Shown piece after piece: positions 28,753-38,242 of a stretch of DNA of 64,000 nt. This DNA comes from a virus. Every line of letters starts with the position of its first letter. Position 1 is the stretch's first letter. The notes below the pieces were generated by a model, which was not told the origin of the DNA, searched no databases, and saw nothing but the letters and a program-made list of their open reading frames with translations. The stretch lies in IMG/VR virus record IMGVR_UViG_3300037541_000804, positions 32,001-96,000 of that record; one strand, 5' to 3'. Both the position numbers and the translations under genes were made by a program.

Positions 28753-29118
28753 TTATGCAGTGATTCTGTTGACGTAACCATAAACATTGATTCCGCTCGC
28801 TACTGAACTCAAACCATAAACAACGCTAGCAGTTGATCCGCTTCCCTCTAAAACAAAACCAGGAGATACTAATATCGGACCAGCGTAAGCTTGAACATTA
28901 ATTGGACCAAGAATATTTGTCGCGCCAGTCAAACCCCAATAGACAGTCAAAAGAGCATCTGAGGCTCCAGTGTTATTGGCGTATAGCCAAATTTCATCAA
29001 GGTCAGTAGCGTTGTTTTGAGTGGCATGTACTTGAACGCCTGGAACTCCAGTGGAGGTCAATAAAATACCAGCGCCAATTGCTGTTTGAGATAGTGGGAT
29101 TTTTGAATAAGAAGGCAT
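28753..29118 (-). CDS. small virion (fibre-associated) protein
   Basis: DEIWLYANN...YGYVNRIT, located between two fibre genes. Confidence 0.55.
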   Translation of the reverse strand: MPSYSKIPLSQTAIGAGILLTSTGVPGVQVHATQNNATDLDEIWLYANNTGASDALLTVYWGLTGATNILGPINVQAYAGPILVSPGFVLEGSGSTASVVYGLSSVASGINVYGYVNRITA

Positions 29119-29119
29119 A

Positions 29120-32100
29120 TTATGCGAACATTGAAATTGAAATAACTAAATTGGAATCATTAACATTAATGCTTCCGCCACCGCCACCGCCACCAGTTCC
29201 AGCATTATCCGCAAAAGAACCAGTGACAGTTGAGCCATCTCTTTGAAAAAGAGTAATAAACTTAGTGGTGTCGCCAGTGATAGTCATGCCAGTGATGGCA
29301 TCATTAAAACCAGTAATAGCATAACCACTGATTGATTGGCCGTTGCTCAAACCGTAATAGCGGCCATCTGCCGCGCCCGTGGTCAGGAACGCGCCCGTGA
29401 GCGCGGAAGCGGCAAACGCTCCAGTTTGTGAGGATGTAATAAACGAACCAGTATTTGAGGCCAAAGCATAAGCTGAAATTCCTGATACATCTCCAGTATT
29501 AATTTGACGAGCAAACCAAGAGCCGCTGCTCGAATTATACATCAGCGTATCATTAGAACTTGCATTCTTGGCATAAACCCGATGCAGTTCTTCAATTTCG
29601 AAACCATTTTGAGGTTTAACATAAACTTTACCGTTGTTTGATTGAGAACGTAAAACAACGCCCAAATAAACAAGATGATTGTTGCCATAAGGTTTGTTGC
29701 CAGTGCCAAAAATAATATCTCCAGTTGTGCCAAGCCACATTGGATCGCCAGCCGTAGCAGCGCTCGTATTAAATCCCTCTAAGATTCCTTCTGATACAAT
29801 ATAGCCAAAGTCATTAGAGTTTAGGTTTTGAGCTAAAAGGCCAATGGTTCTCGAAGAGGTTCGTTCTCCAGTATTTGACGCTCTTTTAATTAATGGGTTT
29901 TCTCCATTGGCTCCGCCAATATAGACTGGTTGACCCTTATACAAGGCAAAGGATTCATCGTTTTTACCATATAATTGTATACCTTCAAGAAGGGTCCCAC
30001 TGGTTAAAAAACTCCCCGTCTGTTCTGTTGTAACGAAAGTTCCCGTCGCAGATTGTAGATTAGCAATTAATCCGCTATGATAGCCGCTTATTCCTGTAGC
30101 AAAGGTAATAGTGGCATACGAGGATAGATCAACCCCAGTAATAAACCCAGAAGGATTATTAATCGGATAAAATTGCCCAGTTTGAGAGGAAGTTATAAAA
30201 ACACCCGTTGTAGAGTTGATACCGTTAATCTGCCCCTGCAAATGGCCGCTAACGCCAGTAACGTATCCAGTTGACGCTAAATTTGAAACATCTGCCGCGA
30301 CAAGATAAGACGAGGGATTACTTGATAATGGATAATACCTAGCATCTCCCGCTCCCGTGGTTAAAAACCCACCAGTTTGAGAAGCGGTAACGTAACTTCC
30401 AATTGGTTGATAACCAGTCAAAAATCCAGTCGATCCAGACACGGTAATTGTAGAACCAGCGACAGTGACGGAGTTGTTTCCCGCTCCAGCCACGGTAATG
30501 GTTCCCGAAAGACCATTAAGGGTTCCAACGCCAGCGCTACTGGCTGAAATCAATGACGCAAGATAACCGCTGACACCAGTGACGTAGCCCGTAGTTGCAT
30601 AACTAGAAAGATCAACGCCAGTGATGTAATTCGCTGGGTTAGAAGCTGCATAAAATTGGCCCGTTTGACCAGTCGTAACGAAGTTTCCAGTTTGAGAATT
30701 TATTGCAGATACTTGCGTTTGTAAATGCCCAGAAACTCCTGTTACATAAGGAACTGTTGCATAATTAGACAGGTTTACTCCAGTAATGTATCCACTAGGA
30801 TTAGAATTGAGTGGGTAAAAAAGATTAGAATACGAGCCAGTATTAGATTGAAGCGCGTATCGAACATCTCCCGCTCCCGTAGTTAGAAATGATCCCGTAT
30901 TGGCCGAAAGAGAAAACTGTCCAGTAACAGATTCGATAGCCGAAATTTGAATGTCCAAATAACCACTTATTCCAGTAACGAATGGTATCGTCGCATAGTT
31001 AGATAAATCAACACCCGTGATGAAGCCTCCAGTGCCATTTTGTATTGAAGTAATTTGTCCCTGGAGATGCCCGCTTACGCCAGTGACGTACGATTGAGTT
31101 GCGTACGTTGATAAATCGGCGGAAACCAAAAACCCGCTAGGGTTTCCCGTCAATGGATAAAACGCTCCAGTATATGCCCCAGTGGCAGATTGTAGAGTGT
31201 ATCTGTTGTCGCCCGCACCAGTTGTTAAGAACGCGCCAGTATTAGACGCCAAGGCAAACAATCCTGTGACACCCTCAACACTAGACAGGCGAGTGTTTAA
31301 GATGCCCGTCGCGGATTGTAGGTTAGAAATTAACCCACTGTGATAGCCGCTAACTCCTGTAACAAAAGCTATTGTGGCGTACTGAGATAGATCAACACCA
31401 GTAATATATCCAGAGGGATTATTGATTGGATAAAACTGACCAGTCTGAGAAGATGTTATAAAAACACCCGTCGCGGAATTAATATTATTGATCTGACCCT
31501 GTAAATATCCGCTAACGCCAGTGACATATCCTGTTGACGCTAGGCTTGAAATGTCCGCTGCAACAAGATAAGATAGTGGGTTGCTTGATAGCGGGTAATA
31601 CCTTGAATCGCCCGCTCCTGTGGTTAAAAATCCACCAGTTTGCGAAGTGGTGACATAATTACCAACTGGTTGATAACCTGTCAAAAATCCAGTCGCTCCA
31701 GACACCGTGATGGTAGAGCCAGCGACAGAGACGGTATTGTTGCCCGCTCCTGCGAGGGTTAATGATCCAGATAATCCATTAAGAGTTCTAACACCCGCGC
31801 TACTAGCCGAAATCAACGACGCAAGATAGCCGCTAACGCCAGTCACATAGCCAGTAGTTGCGTAATTAGAAAGATCAACTCCAGTAATGTAATTCGCTGG
31901 ATTAGACGCCGCATAAAACTGACCCGTCTGGCCAGTTGTAATGAAATTACCGCTTTGGGAGTTTATTGCGGAAATTTGCGCTTGCAAATAACCAGAAACT
32001 CCTGTCACATACCCAGTGGAAGCTAAACTCACTATATCGGCAGCAACAAGGTAGCTTGACGGGTTTGAAGACAGGGGATAATATCTTGAATCCGCCGCGC

Positions 32101-32719
32101 CAGTAATTAAAAACGAGCCAGTTTCGGATGGTCGAACAACCTGCCCCGTCACATATCTGCCGTCAATTGAGAAAATTACTGAACCGCCATCTCCAGTTCT
32201 GAAAAGCGTAACTTCGCCATTGTTTTCATTAAAATCCCCCGAAACAACATAATAATTGTTATCTACAATCTGGTTCTGCAAGTATCCAGACAAGCCCGTG
32301 ACATAGGGAATCGTCGCGTAATCGGAGAGATTTACGCCAGTAATATATCCGCTAGGATTGGTTCTCGGGTAAAAATCTAAGGAGTAAACGCCCGTTTCTG
32401 TTTTTGCGACATATCCAGTAAGATAACCTGTTTCAGCGGCTCCACCTTCTCCGCTGATTAAAACAGGGACTCCATTAACTGTCGGACGGGAAATAAAATT
32501 CTTTACGCCCGAAATGTTTTGATCACTAGTCAAATCAACAGCATTACCCGCTGTGGTGATTAACCCGCTTACGTCAATCAATTGTTGGTAAGTCGCAAAC
32601 CCTGTAATTGGATCGCTCCCATTAGGTAGATGAGTATTGGCATGAGGATATAATGCTCCACCGATTGTTACGCTCGTACTATTCGGCGGATTAATGGTTA
32701 CAGAAATATCCGTGGGCAT
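29120..32719 (-). CDS. long tail fibre protein, Thr/Gly/Ser-rich and repetitive
   Basis: DQNISGVKNF, many YVTGVSGYLQ and NPSGYITGVDLS repeats, and a late motif at 32728-32734. Confidence 0.8.
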   Translation of the reverse strand: MPTDISVTINPPNSTSVTIGGALYPHANTHLPNGSDPITGFATYQQLIDVSGLITTAGNAVDLTSDQNISGVKNFISRPTVNGVPVLISGEGGAAETGYLTGYVAKTETGVYSLDFYPRTNPSGYITGVNLSDYATIPYVTGLSGYLQNQIVDNNYYVVSGDFNENNGEVTLFRTGDGGSVIFSIDGRYVTGQVVRPSETGSFLITGAADSRYYPLSSNPSSYLVAADIVSLASTGYVTGVSGYLQAQISAINSQSGNFITTGQTGQFYAASNPANYITGVDLSNYATTGYVTGVSGYLASLISASSAGVRTLNGLSGSLTLAGAGNNTVSVAGSTITVSGATGFLTGYQPVGNYVTTSQTGGFLTTGAGDSRYYPLSSNPLSYLVAADISSLASTGYVTGVSGYLQGQINNINSATGVFITSSQTGQFYPINNPSGYITGVDLSQYATIAFVTGVSGYHSGLISNLQSATGILNTRLSSVEGVTGLFALASNTGAFLTTGAGDNRYTLQSATGAYTGAFYPLTGNPSGFLVSADLSTYATQSYVTGVSGHLQGQITSIQNGTGGFITGVDLSNYATIPFVTGISGYLDIQISAIESVTGQFSLSANTGSFLTTGAGDVRYALQSNTGSYSNLFYPLNSNPSGYITGVNLSNYATVPYVTGVSGHLQTQVSAINSQTGNFVTTGQTGQFYAASNPANYITGVDLSSYATTGYVTGVSGYLASLISASSAGVGTLNGLSGTITVAGAGNNSVTVAGSTITVSGSTGFLTGYQPIGSYVTASQTGGFLTTGAGDARYYPLSSNPSSYLVAADVSNLASTGYVTGVSGHLQGQINGINSTTGVFITSSQTGQFYPINNPSGFITGVDLSSYATITFATGISGYHSGLIANLQSATGTFVTTEQTGSFLTSGTLLEGIQLYGKNDESFALYKGQPVYIGGANGENPLIKRASNTGERTSSRTIGLLAQNLNSNDFGYIVSEGILEGFNTSAATAGDPMWLGTTGDIIFGTGNKPYGNNHLVYLGVVLRSQSNNGKVYVKPQNGFEIEELHRVYAKNASSNDTLMYNSSSGSWFARQINTGDVSGISAYALASNTGSFITSSQTGAFAASALTGAFLTTGAADGRYYGLSNGQSISGYAITGFNDAITGMTITGDTTKFITLFQRDGSTVTGSFADNAGTGGGGGGGSINVNDSNLVISISMFA
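30040..32010 (-). repeat. internal duplication of ~700 bp (about 30040-30750 and 31300-32010, offset 1263 bp)
   Basis: Near-identical protein blocks (SAINSQ.GNF.TTGQTGQFYAASNPANY...SGLI.NLQSATG) with many silent DNA differences. Confidence 0.85.
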
Positions 32720-32747
32720 ATCTAGTAATTACACCCAAAGAGGCTAA

Positions 32748-33092
32748 TCACTCGAAAGAACCGCCCAACACTTCAACAGAACCCTCTAGTATTCTAAGAG
32801 AGAGTCCAGAAAGTGGATAACCGTAAACTTCATGACTATAACTGTCTTTTGTCAAGGAGAGCGTTTGACTGGCTGATAAACTCATGTTGACAATACCAGA
32901 AGTGGCCGAAAGTATTTCTGGCGTAAAACTTGGCCCAAGTTCGCCGTCCCAACCTCGGCGCAAAACTCCAGAAAAAGAGTAACCAGAGATTGGATATTCT
33001 CCCGAAGATGTTGCAAGGTCAAAAGTGTATGAATAGGAAGCTCCACGCTCAATAGCGTATGCTCCAGTGAGATTGTATGTTGCAGCGGCCAT
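32748..33092 (-). CDS. BppU-like / fibre adaptor protein
   Basis: IERGASYSYTFDL...ISGYSFSG...G.V..SLS..QT..L...ILEG.V.V pattern. Confidence 0.55.
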   Translation of the reverse strand: MAAATYNLTGAYAIERGASYSYTFDLATSSGEYPISGYSFSGVLRRGWDGELGPSFTPEILSATSGIVNMSLSASQTLSLTKDSYSHEVYGYPLSGLSLRILEGSVEVLGGSFE

Positions 33093-33583
33093 TAGTCGAA
33101 ACGAGAGTATGTGAAGTATGGATAAGTGCCGCTTTCGAAATTATTCCATCCACCGACCTGAGATGGCGTTGCGGCGTAAAGTTGATAACTATACACCATA
33201 GTGTCAATCTCGGATTTTAAATCCTTAGCTATATCATTAAACTCGCGTGCTACTTCTTTTTTATTCACGAAAGAAATCCTATTATCTCCATCGCTAACAG
33301 AAAGGATGTTATCGCCATTTGAGGACGAGTTTAAAACCCCGCGTAAGGCATTCCTTGAAGAACGTTGGTAATAATTAACCATGTATTGGCGAGCTAAAAT
33401 GTTCGCCGCAGCATTATCAATCGAGGGGTCTTCTCCCGAAAAGTTTGTGTGGATGAGCGTGTTTAATCCGCCGACATTAGCCGACAACCATCCAGAAATT
33501 TGCGAGTGAGTAGTCGCTTCTGTATCAGAGGCGAATTCCGTCGAAAAGATTTGAGAAGCAATCGTGGAATAGATGTTTGGCAT
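33092..33583 (-). CDS. probable head-tail adaptor
   Basis: Downstream of the capsid genes, SVSDGDNRISF motif, GTGTAAT 7 nt upstream of the ATG. Confidence 0.5.
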   Translation of the reverse strand: MPNIYSTIASQIFSTEFASDTEATTHSQISGWLSANVGGLNTLIHTNFSGEDPSIDNAAANILARQYMVNYYQRSSRNALRGVLNSSSNGDNILSVSDGDNRISFVNKKEVAREFNDIAKDLKSEIDTMVYSYQLYAATPSQVGGWNNFESGTYPYFTYSRFD

Positions 33584-33591
33584 CTATTGGA

Positions 33592-33837
33592 TTACACGGT
33601 TACGCGATAAAATGAAAAAGGCTTTTTGTCAGATAGGCTGCCTACCTTAAACTCGACTGGAGTTTGAGTTCCGTCTTTCTCAAATTTATAATGAGTATGG
33701 ATTGTTTGGCCGCAAAGAGACGTGAACGATGAGCCTCCAATTTGAATAGATGGCTTTTCGAGTTTAGAAGGATCAAATTTCTTAAACTTTCGCCGCTCCT
33801 GCCAATTGGCAAATAATTCTTTAATTTTTGCAAACAT
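33592..33837 (-). CDS. hypothetical protein
   Basis: 81-aa ORF collinear with the head genes. Confidence 0.5.
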   Translation of the reverse strand: MFAKIKELFANWQERRKFKKFDPSKLEKPSIQIGGSSFTSLCGQTIHTHYKFEKDGTQTPVEFKVGSLSDKKPFSFYRVTV

Positions 33838-33848
33838 ACTTTTGGCCG

Positions 33849-34397
33849 TTAAAATTTCATACCCAATGCTTCCATAGCCTTACGCTCTTCTGGATTACTT
33901 GGATTAAGAGGGCGACGGACAAATGGTTTGGGCATTTTATTCATGGCCCCAGCAGCAGCATTGCGCGAAAAGAACGACTCTTCTAGGTGTTTTTTGAGAA
34001 TCGGCGGACTCTCGAACTTGTTTAGCTGTAGTTTTTCGGCCAAAGCTTGCATGCTTGGGTAGGTCATATCGTTGAGCTTGGCTTTAAACGTGTCGAAATC
34101 GGTTGTGCCGAAGACGTTTGTTTGGTTGATGTTTAAGACTCGCTCAAGTTCTTCGCGGCTCACTTCGTCACTAGCAACAGCCACTTCTTGTTCGGGCGGA
34201 AGTTGGCCAGTAGTGATTTCTAGCAATTCTAGAGGGGTAGAAACCTTTTCTGCATTGTCGGCTGGAGGAAGAGATTCATAGCGACCATTCGCCACTTCTA
34301 GAGAAGGCGGGTTAAGTTTCGCAACAGCCTTGGCTAATTCGCCGATAGCTTTAGTTTGTTTTTCAAGTGCGGTGAGGATTGGGTCTTTCTTGGGCAT
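33849..34397 (-). CDS. hypothetical late protein
   Basis: Follows the major capsid terminator; TGTTAAT variant motif upstream. Confidence 0.6.
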   Translation of the reverse strand: MPKKDPILTALEKQTKAIGELAKAVAKLNPPSLEVANGRYESLPPADNAEKVSTPLELLEITTGQLPPEQEVAVASDEVSREELERVLNINQTNVFGTTDFDTFKAKLNDMTYPSMQALAEKLQLNKFESPPILKKHLEESFFSRNAAAGAMNKMPKPFVRRPLNPSNPEERKAMEALGMKF

Positions 34398-34414
34398 ATA
34401 AAGATATTAACAGC

Positions 34415-34456
34415 CAAAAACAAGAAACCCCACCCTTTTTCAAGAGCGGGGTTTCC
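34415..34456 (-). terminator. terminator after major capsid gene
   Basis: GAAACCCC...GGGGTTTC stem with a T-run on the - strand. Confidence 0.7.
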
Positions 34457-34477
34457 ACACAACACACACCAAACAAC

Positions 34478-35614
34478 TTAGAGGATCAAGCCAACCAAGC
34501 CACGAACGTCGAGAACGAGACGACCTTCTTCCATACCGCCGTAGTAGCCAATCTTATCTTGGGCGCGATTAAGAACGCCGAATTGGTTGTCGGCTTGAAG
34601 ATCAAGCGTAGAGCCAGTTTCGGAATCTGTCGCGATTAGGCGAAGCAGACACTCTTTAGAACGGTCGATGCCGATCATAATCTGGTCAGATGCGTCGGTA
34701 AACGCCGCACCTTGGCCAGCCGCGAGGTCGGTGTAGGAGGTGGAGCCAGCAGCCGCTTTAAACACGGTATTGAAGCGGCGGGATTCGCCGAATTCGTTAT
34801 ACTCATGAAACGTAATTCCGAGAAACTCGCTCATACCAGCGGACTCAAAGAGTTTTTCACGAATGCTTTCAGGAGCAGCAACGCTGTCAAGAATAGCGGA
34901 AGTGATAGGAGCGGCCTTGGTGTTAATGGCGTTGTAAGCCATGCCACGGAGTTCTTCAAGAGCTTCGGGAGAAGCAAGCATATCGGTGATACGTCCTTGG
35001 GCACCAACGGGAGTACCTTTGATCCAAGAAGTATTGATACGCTTCATGCGAAGGCGAATACCAGACAAATCTTGAGGAAGGAAACGACCTGCGACACCTA
35101 CGCGGAAGACGTGGCTAAGGCCATTAGTGTTGGCATTAGCAAGAGCATTCATTAGAGGGCCAGCGGCAAAGTTATCCTGGAGATACAGGATTTCTTGGCC
35201 GAGACGGCTCATAGCTTTTGCCACAACACCAAGACGGCTTTGGGCCGCATGTTTACGAAGGAAGCTAACGGCTGTTTCCAGCTTATAGGTGTCCACAAAC
35301 ATTTCCTGAGAAGGTGGCTTAACTTCATTCGAGCCAAGACCGCCATCAGCATGCTGGCTCCAAACGGAGAAGTAACCAACGTCGTTCACGTCGCTGAATA
35401 GGTCGAGCGGAATGGTAGGATTAGTGTCCTTCTGATACGTCATAGCCGTATAGAAGTTGCCAATCGTAGGAGCATTCATGATCGCTTCGGCGAGGGGTTT
35501 TCCCATGTATTCGGCAAAGCTAGTTTGCGCCTGCATACGAACAAGCGGATCGCGGGAAGCCATCGCTTGAATAAGCTGGATTTGTTCGGGAGTTTCTTTT
35601 AGAGTAATTTTCAT
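34478..35614 (-). CDS. major capsid protein
   Basis: 378 aa, in the order portal-protease/scaffold-decoration-MCP, followed by a terminator. Confidence 0.8.
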   Translation of the reverse strand: MKITLKETPEQIQLIQAMASRDPLVRMQAQTSFAEYMGKPLAEAIMNAPTIGNFYTAMTYQKDTNPTIPLDLFSDVNDVGYFSVWSQHADGGLGSNEVKPPSQEMFVDTYKLETAVSFLRKHAAQSRLGVVAKAMSRLGQEILYLQDNFAAGPLMNALANANTNGLSHVFRVGVAGRFLPQDLSGIRLRMKRINTSWIKGTPVGAQGRITDMLASPEALEELRGMAYNAINTKAAPITSAILDSVAAPESIREKLFESAGMSEFLGITFHEYNEFGESRRFNTVFKAAAGSTSYTDLAAGQGAAFTDASDQIMIGIDRSKECLLRLIATDSETGSTLDLQADNQFGVLNRAQDKIGYYGGMEEGRLVLDVRGLVGLIL

Positions 35615-35643
35615 TGTAAAAAGGTTTTTCTAGGGTTTAGAAA

Positions 35644-36264
35644 TTATTTGCAGTCAAATTTGACCTGAGCGTATTGGCCGCTCCAACCATCTGCGTAGGT
35701 TCCAAGGCTGTTATCGCGGGAGCCAGTGCCAATTACGACGCCAAAGCGTTGAGAATCGGAGGCTGTGCAACCAGTAACCTTGCCAGAAACAGTGGAAGGC
35801 TTGATGCCATTACCAACAGTAAGGGTTCCGTCGATAGCGGAAACGCTAAGGGTAAGGATGCCCTTGGTGAGAACAGGAACATCTTGGCCTTTGACCGCCA
35901 CATTACATTCGAGAGCTTTCTGAGGATAGCGGCTAATGTATTCGCCGTTTTCATCATAAAGAGCGGTTTCCTTGAGAATGAAGCCAAGAGGAATATCGCC
36001 AGAAACGGCGGGCTTAATCTTGCGAGTTACAGATGGGCGCTGATTCCAGCCGACACCATTGTAATTGGTTTTGCCAAGATAGCTATCGCTGGAGAAGCTG
36101 ACAGGATCAAGGTCTAGATTTGCGGACGCGATGGTTGCAAGAACGCCTTCGTCGCCGAAGCCAGCGCCAGAAGTGCTTGTGTTAACATATGCATCTTCGA
36201 GAGCGAAGCCAACGACAATATCGTAGGGATTTTCTTGTTTGAATGGTAGGAGGCGTTTGGCCAT
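35644..36264 (-). CDS. capsid decoration/cement protein
   Basis: 206-aa Gly/Ser/Val-rich beta protein between scaffold and MCP. Confidence 0.6.
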   Translation of the reverse strand: MAKRLLPFKQENPYDIVVGFALEDAYVNTSTSGAGFGDEGVLATIASANLDLDPVSFSSDSYLGKTNYNGVGWNQRPSVTRKIKPAVSGDIPLGFILKETALYDENGEYISRYPQKALECNVAVKGQDVPVLTKGILTLSVSAIDGTLTVGNGIKPSTVSGKVTGCTASDSQRFGVVIGTGSRDNSLGTYADGWSGQYAQVKFDCK

Positions 36265-36281
36265 ATAGTTTTAGGGGTAGA

Positions 36282-36968
36282 TTAGTTAAAGGAAATTTTA
36301 ATATTGTCAGCGGAGAATGCTTTTGCCCAAGCTTCTTTGAGGTCTTCGGGGTTTTGGCCACCGTTGTTGTTTGGGATTTGTTTTTCGGAAGCTTTGGCTT
36401 CTTCTAGGGCTTTTTCGGCCAATTCTTTGTCGGAGAGCTTCTTGGTAGAGGCTTTGGAGATTTCAGTGAGTTTTTCAGCAACAAGTTTGTCAATTGAGGC
36501 TTTGGCTTCTTTTTCCTTGGCCTCTTTGCCTTTCTTGTTTTTGTCTTTCATCAGTTTGGCCATCTTATCTTTGTAGGAAGTGAAAGCAGCTTCGGACGAA
36601 TCGAGAGTTTTGAGGTCGCTCGCAAGGATTTGCTTGTCGTCAGCGTCAAGATCGAATTCTTCATCAAATTCAGCCATGCGAGCGCTGAAAAGGTCAGCAG
36701 CAGATTTGGCGGAAGCTTCGGCTTCAATTTTGGCGAGCTTGTCTTTTGTTTCGGCCAAATCTTTAACCAGAGCTTCTTGGGAAGCTTTAAATTCGGCGGA
36801 TTCTTTTTCGGCCTTTTCTTGCGAAGCCTTAGCCTCGTTGACTTTTGCCACATAACTTTCGGACGCTTCACGAATTTTGTCAGCCATAGCAGCTTCAAAA
36901 CCTTTCGTGGTGTTGTCTTTAATCATGTGGGCCTTGATTTCTTCGAGGATTTGTTCAAATTTTTCCAT
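36282..36968 (-). CDS. nested in-frame scaffolding protein (MEKFEQILEE...)
   Basis: Internal ATG at 36968 with the late motif GTGTAAC at 36991-36997. Confidence 0.6.
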   Translation of the reverse strand: MEKFEQILEEIKAHMIKDNTTKGFEAAMADKIREASESYVAKVNEAKASQEKAEKESAEFKASQEALVKDLAETKDKLAKIEAEASAKSAADLFSARMAEFDEEFDLDADDKQILASDLKTLDSSEAAFTSYKDKMAKLMKDKNKKGKEAKEKEAKASIDKLVAEKLTEISKASTKKLSDKELAEKALEEAKASEKQIPNNNGGQNPEDLKEAWAKAFSADNIKISFN

Positions 36969-37811
36969 ATTTTGCGGATGCTTGTTAGGTGTTACACTTG
37001 GTTTTTGGGATTTATCAAAATTATTTTCGGAAGATAAAGAAATTGTTGTTTTTTTCTCGGGTTCGCGGTTTGAATTGTGGGTTATAGCGCCGAGCGGCAT
37101 AATACCTGCTGGTTTTTTGGTCAACGCCACAGCCAGAGGAAGATGTTCTTTGCCGATTAAGCGGTAAATCTTTTCGCCATTATTGGTTTTGCCTTCGCCG
37201 CCGTATGCGGATAGGTATTTCTTTAATTCGCCAACGTATTTTTCGTCTCGAATGATTTCTGCCTCGTAGAAGTTTTTGCTACCAATAGCTAGGCCGAAAA
37301 CTGGAAATCCAATCTCTAGGCTTAGGCTGATACTCTTATATAGGGGGCTGTCTGGATTGGCAGAACTTTCTAGGGACGAAGCTAGTTCACTATCGGCGAT
37401 TTTATAGACTACGCCGCCAACACTGATATTGAACGGCTCTTTTGAAGCCAGCGCATCTTCCGCCGAAATAAGAACATTATCGTTATATGAGCTAAAACTA
37501 GAGGTAACTAAATGCCCAACAACTTTATCACGATTATGATTAGCGTTAACCATTTTGTTCCGCCAAAGCTGAACCGTGCCAATTGCGGCTTCTGGTTCAA
37601 GCATGTCCTCGTTTTTATTGGCGTAACCAGCGGCGCAGGCATTTGCGGCGAAAGCAAGAAGGTCGATGTTCCGATCTAGGTCGATTTCGTAAGAGGGAAT
37701 TAGCGGTCGAAGACCTTCGAGTGAGGCTTTTGAGTAAAACGGGCATTCAAAAAATGACCCGCCGTAAGAAACATTCGACTCAAAAATAGACGTATGGGCA
37801 AAATTCTCCAT
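36282..37811 (-). CDS. prohead protease-scaffold fusion
   Basis: N-terminal protease-like region (ANKNEDM, NANHNRDKVVGH, SLSLEI) and a C-terminal Ala/Glu/Lys coiled coil. Confidence 0.75.
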   Translation of the reverse strand: MENFAHTSIFESNVSYGGSFFECPFYSKASLEGLRPLIPSYEIDLDRNIDLLAFAANACAAGYANKNEDMLEPEAAIGTVQLWRNKMVNANHNRDKVVGHLVTSSFSSYNDNVLISAEDALASKEPFNISVGGVVYKIADSELASSLESSANPDSPLYKSISLSLEIGFPVFGLAIGSKNFYEAEIIRDEKYVGELKKYLSAYGGEGKTNNGEKIYRLIGKEHLPLAVALTKKPAGIMPLGAITHNSNREPEKKTTISLSSENNFDKSQKPSVTPNKHPQNMEKFEQILEEIKAHMIKDNTTKGFEAAMADKIREASESYVAKVNEAKASQEKAEKESAEFKASQEALVKDLAETKDKLAKIEAEASAKSAADLFSARMAEFDEEFDLDADDKQILASDLKTLDSSEAAFTSYKDKMAKLMKDKNKKGKEAKEKEAKASIDKLVAEKLTEISKASTKKLSDKELAEKALEEAKASEKQIPNNNGGQNPEDLKEAWAKAFSADNIKISFN

Positions 37812-37871
37812 GCTGTATGGAAATTATTACACGCAAAGTTTTAGAAATAAGAAATATTCTGGTGTAATACT

Positions 37872-37970
37872 CGTTAGATAGTTGTCCTGTGAGAGGGGGA
37901 GCAATCTTCCTCTCGTTCAACTGGCGAAGGCTACCGTAACCCCTCTCACACGGTAGCCTTTTGCTTTTTC
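37872..37970 (+). ncRNA. putative late small RNA with alternative/pseudoknot pairing
   Basis: GTGTAAT at 37862-37868, a GCAA-tetraloop hairpin at 37891-37914, and a terminator-like hairpin at 37924-37964 followed by Ts. Confidence 0.6.
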
Positions 37971-38207
37971 TAATCGTTTAGTTTAGCCTCAAACACGATT
38001 TTAGCGGTTATGGCAGGAAGTGAGAATCCTAGCTCCGCCGCTTTACAAAACGGAAGACTCGTTGGAGGCGCAAGTTTGATTACGAGGATAAACAAATTTC
38101 AAAGGTCGCCCTTTCTAAATCCCCATTTCTGCATGGGGAGAGGAGGGGTCTTGGCCGAGACTCTGTAGTTTTGTTTGTTGTTTTCTTTTTGCGCGGCGAA
38201 TTGCTCC

Positions 38208-38236
38208 TTGACAGGTCTGATTTATGGTTGTAGATT
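38208..38236 (+). promoter_or_regulatory. sigma70-like promoter (TTGACA-N17-TAGATT), leaderless start
   Basis: ATG lies 6 nt after the -10 box. Confidence 0.7.
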
Positions 38237-38242
38237 AACAAC

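Noticed and set aside
26396-32719. Diversity-generating retroelement acting on fibre or LRR genes
   Set aside because: No reverse transcriptase in the window and no template/variable repeat pair with adenine-specific differences. The repeats are in-frame protein repeats.
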